Assembly: GCA_965216875.1 (NCBI GenBank) | Contig: OZ244207.1 | Location: 6,496,001-6,560,000, forward strand | DNA length: 64,000 nt | Direction: 5' to 3' | From: Rubripirellula sp. | GTDB taxonomy: Bacteria; Planctomycetota; Planctomycetia; Pirellulales; Pirellulaceae | Shown here: piece by piece, positions 38,875-49,424 of the stretch | Numbering within the stretch: the first letter of the stretch is position 1 | Layout: each line of letters begins with the position of its first letter | The notes under the pieces: generated by a model | Told to the model about the DNA's origin: nothing | The model's input: the letters and a program-made list of their open reading frames with translations, nothing else | Databases searched by the model: none | Position numbers and translations under genes: made by a program

Positions 38875-41380
38875 TCGCCAACGGGTCCCGTTTGGATTCC
38901 AGTGTTCCGCGCGTCACGCCCACACTGTTGGTCGCCTTGAGCGTTCGCCAAACGTCTTGCGAACCAATCTCTTTACGCAGCAGACGCTGATAGATTTCGA
39001 TCGCTCTTTTCGTTTCGCTCGGGTTCTGCTGCAGCAATTCGATGCGAAACCAATTCACACCCATTTGCGTCAATTCGGTGACGGTTTCGGCGCCGCTCTG
39101 GGGCGTCGCGTTATAGAGAGTGTTTCGGCAAGCCACATCGGCCTGCAACGGATGTTCGGCACCCACGCGATCACGCAGTTCAACGACGTGATCATCACAT
39201 GGCCGACCGCAATTGGTTTTGTTGGTGCCAGGCGATAAGACGCTGCAAAACACACAGTGCTCCATATGGAACATTGGCATGTGCTGGTGAATCACGACTT
39301 CCATCCAGCTCGGCGGCAAACTTTCAATGAGCTCGGAGAGTTGGTCGCGATTGAGATCGTAGGACGCAGTGACCCGCTCGCAGCCGAGTTCACGTAGCCA
39401 TTGGGCTGATCGATGATTGGCGACGTTCAAAGAAAAGTCTGCGATCACGGGTATGCCCGCCTCGGTGCCAAAGCGAATCGCCGCAAGGTTGCGTGCCAAC
39501 AAGAAATCGGGCTTGCGTTTTGCGATTGCCTTGAGTAATCCCATCTCGGACGGTTTCTGGATTCGCACGCTCGCAAGCGCGATCGGCATTTGATTCGATC
39601 GGCAGACTTCGACAGCCGTTTGGTATTCACGAATGTCGTGAAAATCGGCGTAAAGCACTTCGGGGCGGTCGTGCGATTCGGCAGCCGATTTGACTTGATC
39701 AATGGTTCGGCAGAGCACCACCAGCTTTGGCGCGACATGATCGCGAACATCCGTTTCCGGCGTGATTCGGTCGAGCATGCGTTGCCCACCAACGACATCG
39801 ATGGTGCGCGCGGGCGGTTGGTCGAGTCGGGCGATCAGCTGTTCAACCAGGTCACGTCGCAACTGGTTCAACATGCCGACGGGAACCATTGGGTCGTGGT
39901 GGATTTCTGCGGTGAACGTGCCCAGGACAAAGGGTGTTCCGCCAAGTCGCTCGAGCTTTTCTTGCAGCATCGATCGCGTTGCGGGACGCGTCCGAGCCGC
40001 CTGCAAGGGATCCGGACCGTGGACGGTTTCACGGATACCTGCGACCGATCCGGTTAACGCAATCGGTTTTCCCGTTTCAGCTTTGACGGCCAAATCAAGC
40101 GTTTGTCGACGCGTCGGATCTTCAGATGAAAAGGTTTGACGTAGCTTTCGATTCAGTTGTGGGTCGTCATTCTTGAACACCTTGGCGTCGAGCTGAATTC
40201 GATTCCAATCGATCTCGCCGCGGCCAAATCCAATCCATGCGTTCTGACCCGCTTCGAGCTTTTTGCAACGCTCGCCGACATCGTTGTGCAACGAGTAGAT
40301 GCGCCCACCTTGGTCTTCGTTGCCGTCGTAGCCGACGATCGCAAGTCCGTCACCAAGGGCAACCGGAGCATCAAGCCAAAGTTTGATTTGTTCGGAATCC
40401 TCTTCAATGATCGTGCCAAGTTCGATTCCACGCTTGGCCGATTGAAGTCCGGGGACAAGCCGTTTGTGGTCATTGCCCTCGAGCCAACCTGGCGTGAAGC
40501 CACGTGAAAACGATAACTCCATTTCCCGCCGATCGTCGTGATCGATTTTGACCGTTCCATCGCGGTAGGCTTGATCGATCGCTTGGCGGTAGTGTTTGGT
40601 GATGTTTGCAACGTATTCGGGGGTCTTCAGTCGGCCTTCGATCTTGATCGATGCGACGCCCGCATCAATCAAGTCGGGGATCGCTGCATAGCCGGCGAGA
40701 TCCTGTGGCGAAAGCAGGTACTTCACGTCACCCAAGTCGCGGTCACGACCATCGCAGATAAGTTCGTAAGGCAAACGACAGGCTTGCGCGCATTGCCCGC
40801 GATTGGCACTGCGTCCACCGAGTGATTCGCTGGTCAAGCATTGCCCCGAATAGGCAACGCAAAGTGCGCCGTGGATGAACACCTCAAGCGGCATGTCGGT
40901 GTTCGCTGCGATCTTGCGAATTTCGGCAAGCGAAAGTTCACGAGCCAGAACCACACGTGCGAGATGAAGCTCTCGTGCCACCGCAATCGTCTCGGCGCTG
41001 GTCAAACTCATTTGCGTCGATGCATGGATCTCGAGCTCGGGGCAGATCGCACGAACGAGCTTCGCGACGCCAAAATCTTGGACCAACACCGCATCGATTC
41101 CCGACGTCGCTACCGCTTCAACCACTTTGACGAGCCGCTCGAGTTCCGAGGGGAACACGAGCGTGTTCATCGTCACGTATCCACGCACGCCACGCCGCCT
41201 CAGCAGCTTTGCCAGCTCGGGAAGGTCAGGGATGCCAAAGTTTTTCGCGCGGTAGCGCGCGTTGAACCCACAGTCCAAACCGAAATAAATCGCGTCGGCA
41301 CCGTTCTCGATCGCGGCGCGCACGCAATCCCAGTCACCGGCGGGGGCGAGAAGTTCGACAGGAGGTTGGTTGGCGGACAT
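38867..41380 (-). CDS. Peptidase U32 family, RlhA/YdcP-like RNA hydroxylation protein (start MSANQPP)
   Basis: ELLAPAG, HASTQM, LAREL, HGALCVAYSGQC...SANRGQCAQACR, KIEGR; long C-terminal extension. Confidence 0.88.
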   Translation of the reverse strand: MSANQPPVELLAPAGDWDCVRAAIENGADAIYFGLDCGFNARYRAKNFGIPDLPELAKLLRRRGVRGYVTMNTLVFPSELERLVKVVEAVATSGIDAVLVQDFGVAKLVRAICPELEIHASTQMSLTSAETIAVARELHLARVVLARELSLAEIRKIAANTDMPLEVFIHGALCVAYSGQCLTSESLGGRSANRGQCAQACRLPYELICDGRDRDLGDVKYLLSPQDLAGYAAIPDLIDAGVASIKIEGRLKTPEYVANITKHYRQAIDQAYRDGTVKIDHDDRREMELSFSRGFTPGWLEGNDHKRLVPGLQSAKRGIELGTIIEEDSEQIKLWLDAPVALGDGLAIVGYDGNEDQGGRIYSLHNDVGERCKKLEAGQNAWIGFGRGEIDWNRIQLDAKVFKNDDPQLNRKLRQTFSSEDPTRRQTLDLAVKAETGKPIALTGSVAGIRETVHGPDPLQAARTRPATRSMLQEKLERLGGTPFVLGTFTAEIHHDPMVPVGMLNQLRRDLVEQLIARLDQPPARTIDVVGGQRMLDRITPETDVRDHVAPKLVVLCRTIDQVKSAAESHDRPEVLYADFHDIREYQTAVEVCRSNQMPIALASVRIQKPSEMGLLKAIAKRKPDFLLARNLAAIRFGTEAGIPVIADFSLNVANHRSAQWLRELGCERVTASYDLNRDQLSELIESLPPSWMEVVIHQHMPMFHMEHCVFCSVLSPGTNKTNCGRPCDDHVVELRDRVGAEHPLQADVACRNTLYNATPQSGAETVTELTQMGVNWFRIELLQQNPSETKRAIEIYQRLLRKEIGSQDVWRTLKATNSVGVTRGTLESKRDPLAII

Positions 41381-41541
41381 GCGCTCAGTATGACCGCTCG
41401 TTTCGTTGACGCTATCCGTGATTTCCGAAATGGACGACTCCGCGTCCCCTCGATCGACCCGTCTTTCGAACGACGAGCGGCAAGACCCGGCGACTTCGCA
41501 CGGGAGATTTCGTCCAGTCGCGGTTGTCGCAACAATGGGGC

Positions 41542-43356
41542 ATGGCAACTTCCATTGATGCAATCCTGAACCTTGTCGAGCACGACGCCCAATCGGCACG
41601 TTTTCTGATCAAGGCCGCGCGACTCAAAATGCGAGACGCCCCCGATCAGTTGGCCGAGCTGACCGATGAACGTACCGAGGCCTTTGTTGATCTCGCCAAG
41701 CACTATTTGCCAGAGTTGTCTCACCAATCGTTGGCCAACGCGTGGGCGGAAGTGCGGCACAAGATCCGCGATGTGCTGCTGGTGCGCGACGATCTTGCTC
41801 GGCAACATCGCCGGCGGATCGACGCACTCGAGGCTCGTAAAGACGATCGAGTTTGCCAGCGCGAAGCGATCGCGAAAGACCTCGAAAAGGCCCGCTTGGA
41901 TTTGATGTCCAAGACTGGGAACGCAGAAAAGGTGCTGAGGGAGAATCCCAGGGTCGCAGCGTGTATCGAAGCGATCGAAGACGTCGATGCCGAAATCGAA
42001 CAGGCGATCACGGCACTCGAATATGCCCAGTCCGACGCCGCAAAGAAGTTACCCGACTACGAAGCCTCGTCCCTCTTCGGCTACCTACGAGAGCGGCACT
42101 TCGGCACGCCGGAATATGACGGTCGAGGATTGGAGCGTCGCTACGATCGTTGGTTGGCAAAGTTGATCAACTACCGCGAGGCCAAAGCTTCCTACGATCA
42201 TTTGACGACCGTTCCCAAGGAACTGCAAAGACTCGTTGAAGAGAAGCGTGCGCGGTATCAAGACTTGCTTGAACAGCTTTCGGACGTGCGGCGGGCCGCG
42301 ATGCACAAGTTCTCCGTTGGTACACAAGAGCTCCTGTGGGAGCAGCTTGCCAAAGACCTTCAAGCCAACACCGCCCAAATCGAAACGATCGAGCACGAGA
42401 TCCATGTGCTCGAGAATGAGTTGGCGACGATCGAACACGTTACTGGTGAGCATTACCAGACGGCCCTCGAAATCTATCGCGAGTTTTTGACGACGCTCGA
42501 TGCTGACATCTTGAAAGTCTACGCTGCCTGCACATCTTCGCCGGTCGATGACGAGATCTGCGCTCGGTTGCGTGGGATTGAAGATGAAATCGCATCGGTG
42601 GACAACGACACCCAGTGGTTGCGGGACGAAGTCGCCGGTCATCAAAAACAACTCGCGGGACTCGCCGAACTGGCTGGCCGCCTGCGTCGGCACCAACAAG
42701 AAAGCAATCATCTGATCGAATGTGTCGATGAGGCTTCGGTACGAGCTTGGCTCGACCAGTTGCGTGATCGACGAATGACACCCGCGCAGATCTGGCAAGG
42801 TCTGCGTGGCGCATGTGTCAAACCGCTGCGCCGTCGTCTCGGTTTGAACGATCCGGAACGAGATCAATCGGAGACGCTAGGTTCGGATGTCGTCCCCTCG
42901 GAGGCTGAGTTGGGGCCGGTCGAAGCAACTTTTCTCGCGGCGTCAGGTTTCGCTGCTCAACCCAAGGGTCACCGACCAACTGATCCCTTGGACATCGTTC
43001 TGGTTGATGAAGATGCGGCTCCCACTCAGGTGAGCGGGTTTCGTATGTTTGCCTTTTGTCGCACTCGGCACGATGCATTCGCAGTCACGCGATTGTTAGA
43101 TGCGCACGGAATTCGAGCCTTTTTGCACAATCACGAATTTGGGCGTTCGCCATCCTCCGCTGGCATTCATGGGCTCGAGGAAATCGTTGTGATGGTCGAT
43201 CCCCGGCGCTACAGCGACGCCGTTGAGGTGATTCGTTCGCTGCAAGCATCGCATTTGTCGAGTTGGGTCTGCTCGCAATGCAATGCCGATGTGGATGCTG
43301 GCTATCAAGTCTGTTGGCAATGCGAACTGCATCGAGTCACCGCGTTTGCGCGATGA
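41542..43356 (+). CDS. Long coiled-coil protein with C-terminal DUF2007-like domain and C4 zinc ribbon
   Basis: Heptad-rich body; LLDAHGIRAFL; WVCSQC..VD....VCWQC. Confidence 0.7.
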   Translation: MATSIDAILNLVEHDAQSARFLIKAARLKMRDAPDQLAELTDERTEAFVDLAKHYLPELSHQSLANAWAEVRHKIRDVLLVRDDLARQHRRRIDALEARKDDRVCQREAIAKDLEKARLDLMSKTGNAEKVLRENPRVAACIEAIEDVDAEIEQAITALEYAQSDAAKKLPDYEASSLFGYLRERHFGTPEYDGRGLERRYDRWLAKLINYREAKASYDHLTTVPKELQRLVEEKRARYQDLLEQLSDVRRAAMHKFSVGTQELLWEQLAKDLQANTAQIETIEHEIHVLENELATIEHVTGEHYQTALEIYREFLTTLDADILKVYAACTSSPVDDEICARLRGIEDEIASVDNDTQWLRDEVAGHQKQLAGLAELAGRLRRHQQESNHLIECVDEASVRAWLDQLRDRRMTPAQIWQGLRGACVKPLRRRLGLNDPERDQSETLGSDVVPSEAELGPVEATFLAASGFAAQPKGHRPTDPLDIVLVDEDAAPTQVSGFRMFAFCRTRHDAFAVTRLLDAHGIRAFLHNHEFGRSPSSAGIHGLEEIVVMVDPRRYSDAVEVIRSLQASHLSSWVCSQCNADVDAGYQVCWQCELHRVTAFAR

Positions 43357-43407
43357 TCGCGAGAGAATTGGGCGGCCCAAGGATTGGCCCTTTAACGAAT
43401 ACGGCCG

Positions 43408-44574
43408 TTAAAGAATTGGGCCAACGTAATAGTTGTGGTCCTTCTCTTCGGCGCTGCCCGGCCACTGACGATTAAGCAAGTGGGTGGCTTGTTGCTTTTC
43501 GAGATCGGAAAACCATCTCCATGGGATCATGAAGACCAAGCGTTCGCGGTGATTGTGCACTTTGATTCCTCGCTCGGAGCAGCGGAAGTGTTTCAGGGCG
43601 ACACCTGAGTAGCCAACGGCGTAAAAGGCATTCCCAAGCACGATCATGTTTGGTGTCACCATCACATCAAATTCGCCCACCACGCCGCGCGTTCGCCACA
43701 ACTGAATCAAACCGACCACCAGAACGACAAGGGACAATCCGACAACGATGAATGGCATCACGTAGGCCATCGATTCATCGCCGGTGAGATGGTAGTGCGG
43801 CGGCGGATCGATGACCCAGGGCTTGAGACTGCGGCGCAAGTAATACGCGTAGAGACAACCTGCGACAGCGACAAGAGAAATCGTGGTCCCGCTGGCAAAC
43901 CAAATCCACCAGCGCATCGTCCCGATCAAGTCCTTACCGGTGAGTTCACCCTGGATGCGAAACGCGTCGGTTTCACCTGTCAACTCGGTGATTTGATTGA
44001 ACATGGGACGCGCATCTTCCGGTGGGTCGACCGGGGCATGGGTCGACCACGTTTTCTTGATGTCCGATTCGATGATTGGCAACGACTCGGTGATCATCGG
44101 TGGCCGAATGACCGCGTTTTCCTTCAGGAACAGTTGATGATGAAATTGGTCCGTGGGCATCGACAGGCACATCGACGGTCCAGCCACTGCAAAGATGCGC
44201 TGATCGACGCGGCCTCGGACGTCACCACATAGCCCGCGACACGCTTTCACAAAGCCTCTGCCACTTCGATGAATGATTGACGACGGCCAAAGAGCACCGG
44301 CGATGAAGACGATCGGCGTCAATAGGCAAACGAAACTGCCACCAATATCCCCAAGCCATGTCGCAACGATCGACAGAAACCAGACGACAAGCAGCAAGGC
44401 CATGGCTAGATTGATCAGATGACTTGAACGCGTGTTTCGACGAACCTGAATGCCCTCGAGCGACCAATCCGATTCAAACTCCAGACCAAGCGACGGCTTG
44501 TGTTCGCCCTCGCTGAAAGGGGCACCCGCTTCGTTGGTTTCTGGCGGAGACTGATAGGGATTGGGCGAGTCCAT
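43408..44574 (-). CDS. Hypothetical membrane protein (NPYQSP N-terminus)
   Basis: MDSPNPYQSP start typical of planctomycete membrane proteins; two TM pairs. Confidence 0.65.
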   Translation of the reverse strand: MDSPNPYQSPPETNEAGAPFSEGEHKPSLGLEFESDWSLEGIQVRRNTRSSHLINLAMALLLVVWFLSIVATWLGDIGGSFVCLLTPIVFIAGALWPSSIIHRSGRGFVKACRGLCGDVRGRVDQRIFAVAGPSMCLSMPTDQFHHQLFLKENAVIRPPMITESLPIIESDIKKTWSTHAPVDPPEDARPMFNQITELTGETDAFRIQGELTGKDLIGTMRWWIWFASGTTISLVAVAGCLYAYYLRRSLKPWVIDPPPHYHLTGDESMAYVMPFIVVGLSLVVLVVGLIQLWRTRGVVGEFDVMVTPNMIVLGNAFYAVGYSGVALKHFRCSERGIKVHNHRERLVFMIPWRWFSDLEKQQATHLLNRQWPGSAEEKDHNYYVGPIL

Positions 44575-44590
44575 GTTGGAATTGCCCTCG

Positions 44591-45244
44591 TTAAGGTTTG
44601 TTCCAGATGACCGGTTTCTTGCGCCGTGGGTAGAGTTCACAACATAGGTCGCATTTTGTTCCGTCACATCCTCGAGCCGTGCAGTACTCGCGGCCATAGA
44701 AAATGATCTGCAAATGCAATTTGTTCCAAGCCGACTCGGGAAAGAGTTTCTTTAGGTCGCGCTCTGTCTGCACCACACTCTTTCCGCTTGAAAGTCCCCA
44801 GCGCTGAGCCAAACGATGGATATGCGTGTCGACCGGAAAGGCCGGCACATGAAACGCCTGAGCCATCACAACGCTTGCCGTCTTGTGGCCCACACCAGGC
44901 AGTGCTTCCAGCTCTTCAAAGGTACGCGGAACTTCGCTGTTGTGTTCGTCAACGACGATAGCGGCCAGCTTTGCCAAACTTTTTGCTTTTTGTTTGGAAA
45001 GCCCCAATGGTCGAATGATTTCTAGGATTTTCGCTTCACCAAGTGCCTTCATTTTTGCGGGGGTTCCCGCCACTTCGAACAACGCCGGAGTGATTTCGTT
45101 TACCTTTTTGTCGGTACACTGAGCGCTCAAGAGTACGGCAACCAATAAGGTGAACTCATCATGGTGATCCAAGGGGATCGGAGGCTCGGGATACAGCTCC
45201 GAAAGCCGTTCCATCACCACTTCCGCTCGTTCCTGCTTCTTCAC
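44591..45244 (-). CDS. nth: Endonuclease III
   Basis: LLVAVLLSAQCTD, HhH LPGVGHKTA, FPVDTH, C-terminal Cys cluster; GTG start VKKQER. Confidence 0.92.
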   Translation of the reverse strand: MKKQERAEVVMERLSELYPEPPIPLDHHDEFTLLVAVLLSAQCTDKKVNEITPALFEVAGTPAKMKALGEAKILEIIRPLGLSKQKAKSLAKLAAIVVDEHNSEVPRTFEELEALPGVGHKTASVVMAQAFHVPAFPVDTHIHRLAQRWGLSSGKSVVQTERDLKKLFPESAWNKLHLQIIFYGREYCTARGCDGTKCDLCCELYPRRKKPVIWNKP

Positions 45245-45265
45245 GCCGCAATTATCCTGAATGCA

Positions 45266-47338
45266 ATGAGGCCAAAACCAATCAATCGTTTTCTGCTTGC
45301 CGCGGCAGCCACCTTCGCCATTGCGATTGCGTGGATCGGGACGCTGCCATCTGCATCGGCGAAACAGTGGCATCTTCTACCCGGTGCTATCCACGATGTC
45401 GAGCTGACCGAGCAAAACGAGACATTTCAGATACGCACGACAGGATCGGATCCCTATCTGACTGGGCGACTTGCGGAACCGCCAAAGAAGAACGATCGGA
45501 TTCTCGAATTCGAGTATTTTTGTCCCTCCGGAATCAAAGGGGCGACAGCTTATCTCGGCCCGCCAATCTCCGAGGCCTCGCGCGTCGACCTGCCCGACCT
45601 TCCCATTGCCGAAGGTTGGCAAACTTACACGGCTGACTTGCAAGAGAGGCTCGGCAAACCCATTCCCCAACACGTTCGCTTGCTGCGGCTCGATCTTGGA
45701 GTTCAATCCGATCGTCGGATTCAAATACGCGGCCTCCATCTGCGCGCGATGAACGCACGAGAAATCGAAGCTCTCAAGAATCGCGAAGCACGCGACCAAG
45801 CCAAACGCGACGACGCCGAGCGGATCGCAAACTACCTCGCCGACTCGCAATCGGATTCGTTTACAGTGGACGTCACCGGGGATGAAATCGTTTTCGAATT
45901 TCTTCATGGCATTGAGGATGCTGAATCTTGCGAGCTCGAGGAATTCAAACCGAACCAATCCATCGCCGATCAGAATGCCGAGGCGTTGGTGCGCGTTGAA
46001 TTGACTCAAAAAGGCAGCTCCTGGGTCGGGCGGTTGCCGCGAGTCGTTGGCAACTACGATCGAGTTTGCAGTGGTTGGAGGCTGGCGCGAATTGGCGAAA
46101 ACAGGGCAACGTCACCACGTCGTTATCCGCGCCGCATTGCTTCGGCCGTCGAAAGCGCCTCAAAGCAAGAGCTGGTTCCTCTGTCGCAAAAAGGTTTGAG
46201 CGGCTTCAGCCCACGCGGTCCGAAACAGGATTTGATCGATCTCGGAATCCGGGGCGTCACCATCAACTTGGTCCTGAATCGGTTTGTCACCCGACAGGCA
46301 GGTCCCGGGCGCGAGAAGATCGATGTCGCAGGTGAACCTGTCTACTTCGACGCACGCATCTTTGATCACTACGATCGGATGATCGATTTTGCGCGAATGC
46401 ATGACATTGTGGTGTCGGCGATCGTGCTTATCCCCCGATCGAAGAATGCTGCATCACGCTCGCCACTTGTGCATCCCGAAGCGGAAGGCGGCGTCTACGC
46501 GATGCCTGATTTGAAAACGTCACGTGGCGCTTCCATTTATCGGCACGTCCTCGAACGCATCGCGCAGCGGTACAACAACCACGAAGCTTCACCGGGCGAG
46601 ATCACAAATTGGATCGTTCACAACGAAGTCGATTTTCACCCGGTTTGGACCAACATGGGGCGTCAGCCGCGCGAGGTTTACACCGAAGCCTACTACCGCT
46701 CGATGCGGCTGATTCACAATGTCGCCCGCAAACACAATCCGCACGCTCGCGTCTTCGTTTCTTTGACTCATCATTGGGTCGTTCCTGATGATGGAAAATG
46801 GAAACAGCTCGCGCCGCGAGAGGTGATCGAAACGTTGCAGCGATACAGTGAAATCGAGGGGGATTTTGCTTGGGGCGTTGCCTACCATCCTTACCCACAG
46901 AGTCTGTTCGCAAAAGTTGCCTGGCAAGACAAGAACATCAGTGGCGATTTTGAGACGCCTCTGATCACGATCCAAAATCTTGAGGTGCTGGGCAAATTCT
47001 TGAGCCAGCGGTCAATGCGCAATGCGGATGGCAACCTCCGACCGGTCATCTTGAGCGAGCAAGGTTTTCACTCGCACGGCTACGAAGCCGACGCGTTGGC
47101 CGACCAAGCCGGTTCGCTCGCCTACACGATGAAGCGGATCGCCAAAATGCCGTGGATCGAAACGTTCCACTACCACCGCTGGATTGATCATCCCGACGAG
47201 GGTGGATTGTTGGTTGGCCTGCGTACCCTGCCAACGCCAGAGCATCGATTTGGCAAACCCAAGCAAGCCTGGCACGTCTACCGCGCGATCGGCACAGCTG
47301 ACGAAGACAAAGCAACCAAAGGGCTGCCCTCGCCGTAA
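45266..47338 (+). CDS. Secreted DUF5722-like putative glycoside hydrolase (clan GH-A-like)
   Basis: Signal peptide, WIVHNEVD, AYHPYP, VILSEQGF. Confidence 0.7.
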   Translation: MRPKPINRFLLAAAATFAIAIAWIGTLPSASAKQWHLLPGAIHDVELTEQNETFQIRTTGSDPYLTGRLAEPPKKNDRILEFEYFCPSGIKGATAYLGPPISEASRVDLPDLPIAEGWQTYTADLQERLGKPIPQHVRLLRLDLGVQSDRRIQIRGLHLRAMNAREIEALKNREARDQAKRDDAERIANYLADSQSDSFTVDVTGDEIVFEFLHGIEDAESCELEEFKPNQSIADQNAEALVRVELTQKGSSWVGRLPRVVGNYDRVCSGWRLARIGENRATSPRRYPRRIASAVESASKQELVPLSQKGLSGFSPRGPKQDLIDLGIRGVTINLVLNRFVTRQAGPGREKIDVAGEPVYFDARIFDHYDRMIDFARMHDIVVSAIVLIPRSKNAASRSPLVHPEAEGGVYAMPDLKTSRGASIYRHVLERIAQRYNNHEASPGEITNWIVHNEVDFHPVWTNMGRQPREVYTEAYYRSMRLIHNVARKHNPHARVFVSLTHHWVVPDDGKWKQLAPREVIETLQRYSEIEGDFAWGVAYHPYPQSLFAKVAWQDKNISGDFETPLITIQNLEVLGKFLSQRSMRNADGNLRPVILSEQGFHSHGYEADALADQAGSLAYTMKRIAKMPWIETFHYHRWIDHPDEGGLLVGLRTLPTPEHRFGKPKQAWHVYRAIGTADEDKATKGLPSP

Positions 47339-47360
47339 CGAGTTGCGACCCCGATGGGTT

Positions 47361-49160
47361 TTAGAACTTTGCCGCTCCATGCATTTCGGCCAATTCTTCG
47401 GCCGTCATCTTGGCGACCTCGCGGTCATAGGTCAGCAGGCCGTTGACTTCGCCTTCGACATCGGTCGTCTGTGTGTAGACGCCGCCTGCAACGCCGCGTC
47501 GTCGCAGGTCCATCAGCGTTTCGAACGATTTCTTGTAGCGCGACGTGTACTCTTGCTTGGTTTGAGGAAGCCCGCCGTAGCCCCAGTTGCGCATTTCGAT
47601 GTTCCATTGGTGACCTTTGACGACCAACCCGTGACCGCCGAATTCGCCGACCACTTTCACATAATCATTCAGTCGGCGGTCTTCGAATGGAAACATCGGC
47701 TCGGGATAGTTGTGTCGGTCTGCCACGTCGCCGACCGGAAAGAAGTTTCCGCCGCTGGCGATGTTGACTAACCGCGTGATGTCGAGGTTCTCCATCGTTT
47801 GGCCGATCCGTACCGTTTCGTGTTGTCCCCAGCGTTCGTTGAAAGGGACCCACATGACGATTGATGGGTTGTTTCGCAAATTGCTGACCATGGCTTTCAG
47901 TTCGGCCATGAATTGATCGTGTTGGTCTTTGGGCCAAACATCTTCCACGGGGTTGGGGGCGAGTTTGCTCCAGAAAGGTCGTCCCCCTGTGCTGGGCATG
48001 TCCTGCCAAACGAGCATTCCTACACGATCACAGTAGCTATAGAAACGTCGCGGTTCGATCTTGATGTGTTTACGGATCATGTTGAATCCGGATCGTTTCA
48101 GATAGTCGACGTCGAACCGCATCGCTTCGTCACTGGGTGGCGTTAGCAACCCATCAGGCCACCAGCCTTGATCGAGTGGCCCATAGTGAAAGATGACGTT
48201 GCCATTGAGCGTCATGCGAACGTGACCAGCGGGCCCGCGTTTGACCCCCACTTCTCGCATCGCGGCGTACGATTCCACTCGATCAATCACGCGTCCATCA
48301 CCACCAAGAAGTTCAATCGTGATGTCGTAAAGGTGGGGCGTGTCGGGAGTCCAGTGTTTTGCATTCGGAATCCGAACACTTAGCGAAGCGTCAGCCATAC
48401 CGACAACCCGATCGCCGTCACGAACGGTAATCCGCAACTCTTCGCCGTCGACAGGATCACCACCGAGTGTTGGCAAGACACGCAAGGTTCCTTCGCCCAA
48501 TCGCGGCTTCATCTTGACACTCTTGATGCGACGATCCGGAATCTGTTCGAGCCAAACCGTCTGCCAGATTCCCGAGACACGTGTGTAATAAATGCCACGT
48601 GGCTTGAGCGTTTGTTTGCCGAGTGTTTGAAGGGGCGCCGTTTTGTCGATGACGCGAACGACAAGCTCGTTGTCACCTTGTTCCACGGCGTCGGTGATGT
48701 CGAAGGAAAACGGATCGCTGCTGCCAACGTGTTTGCCGACACTCTTGCCATTGACGAAGACTTCGCAGTCGTAGTCGACCGCTTCAAAGTTCAATCGCGT
48801 GCGATGTCCGGGCCGTGGCTTGTGCGAAAAACTGCGTCGATACCAAAGCACTTCCTTCGGATCGAGCAAATGGCCTACGCCACTTAGCGCTGACTCGATC
48901 GCGTACGGTACCAAGATCTTGCCGTCGAAAGTTTTTGGCGCAGCCTTGTTGGCTTCGCTAGTAACCTTGTAATCCCAAAGCCCGTTGAGGTTCGTCCATG
49001 ACTCGCGAACAAACTGCGGTCGCGGGTATTCCTGCCAAGCGTTCTCGGGTGTGACCTCTTTTCCCCAACGGGTCAGCATGGTGTTCTCGACCGGCGACCA
49101 TTGGGCAAAGCCAGGAGCGCAAACGAGCAAGAAGGCGGCGATGAAAAGGTGACGAACCAT
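47361..49160 (-). CDS. Glycoside hydrolase family 2
   Basis: Signal peptide, YPRPQ, LNGLW, SGIWQTVWLE, GPLDQGWWPDG, RKHIK, WVPFNE, VGEFGG, YTQTTDVEGEVNG. Confidence 0.9.
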   Translation of the reverse strand: MVRHLFIAAFLLVCAPGFAQWSPVENTMLTRWGKEVTPENAWQEYPRPQFVRESWTNLNGLWDYKVTSEANKAAPKTFDGKILVPYAIESALSGVGHLLDPKEVLWYRRSFSHKPRPGHRTRLNFEAVDYDCEVFVNGKSVGKHVGSSDPFSFDITDAVEQGDNELVVRVIDKTAPLQTLGKQTLKPRGIYYTRVSGIWQTVWLEQIPDRRIKSVKMKPRLGEGTLRVLPTLGGDPVDGEELRITVRDGDRVVGMADASLSVRIPNAKHWTPDTPHLYDITIELLGGDGRVIDRVESYAAMREVGVKRGPAGHVRMTLNGNVIFHYGPLDQGWWPDGLLTPPSDEAMRFDVDYLKRSGFNMIRKHIKIEPRRFYSYCDRVGMLVWQDMPSTGGRPFWSKLAPNPVEDVWPKDQHDQFMAELKAMVSNLRNNPSIVMWVPFNERWGQHETVRIGQTMENLDITRLVNIASGGNFFPVGDVADRHNYPEPMFPFEDRRLNDYVKVVGEFGGHGLVVKGHQWNIEMRNWGYGGLPQTKQEYTSRYKKSFETLMDLRRRGVAGGVYTQTTDVEGEVNGLLTYDREVAKMTAEELAEMHGAAKF

Positions 49161-49269
49161 AGCCAAGGTGTCCGGCGTAGAATGGAAGGAAGCGCTGCGA
49201 GGTGACAGTCTATTTGATCCGCTCGGTGAATGAGAGGAAGGAACCACGGATAGCACGGATGATTGCCGA

Positions 49270-49370
49270 GTGAGCGGCTTTGGCGTGAGGCCTCGGGCCC
49301 TGACCGCGCGCAGGTAGCGTGCAATGCCCGGCCGCTTACGCGATCACGGCTCAATTGAGTGGACTTGGGA
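49270..49370 (-). repeat. REP-like family B copy, bracketed by GAACCACGGATA direct repeats (49241, 49372)
   Basis: Reverse complement matches 59805-59913. Confidence 0.82.
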
Positions 49371-49424
49371 CGAACCACGGATAAAACGAATCACACGAAT
49401 GTTGGAAACGGGGATAGGAGCGGC

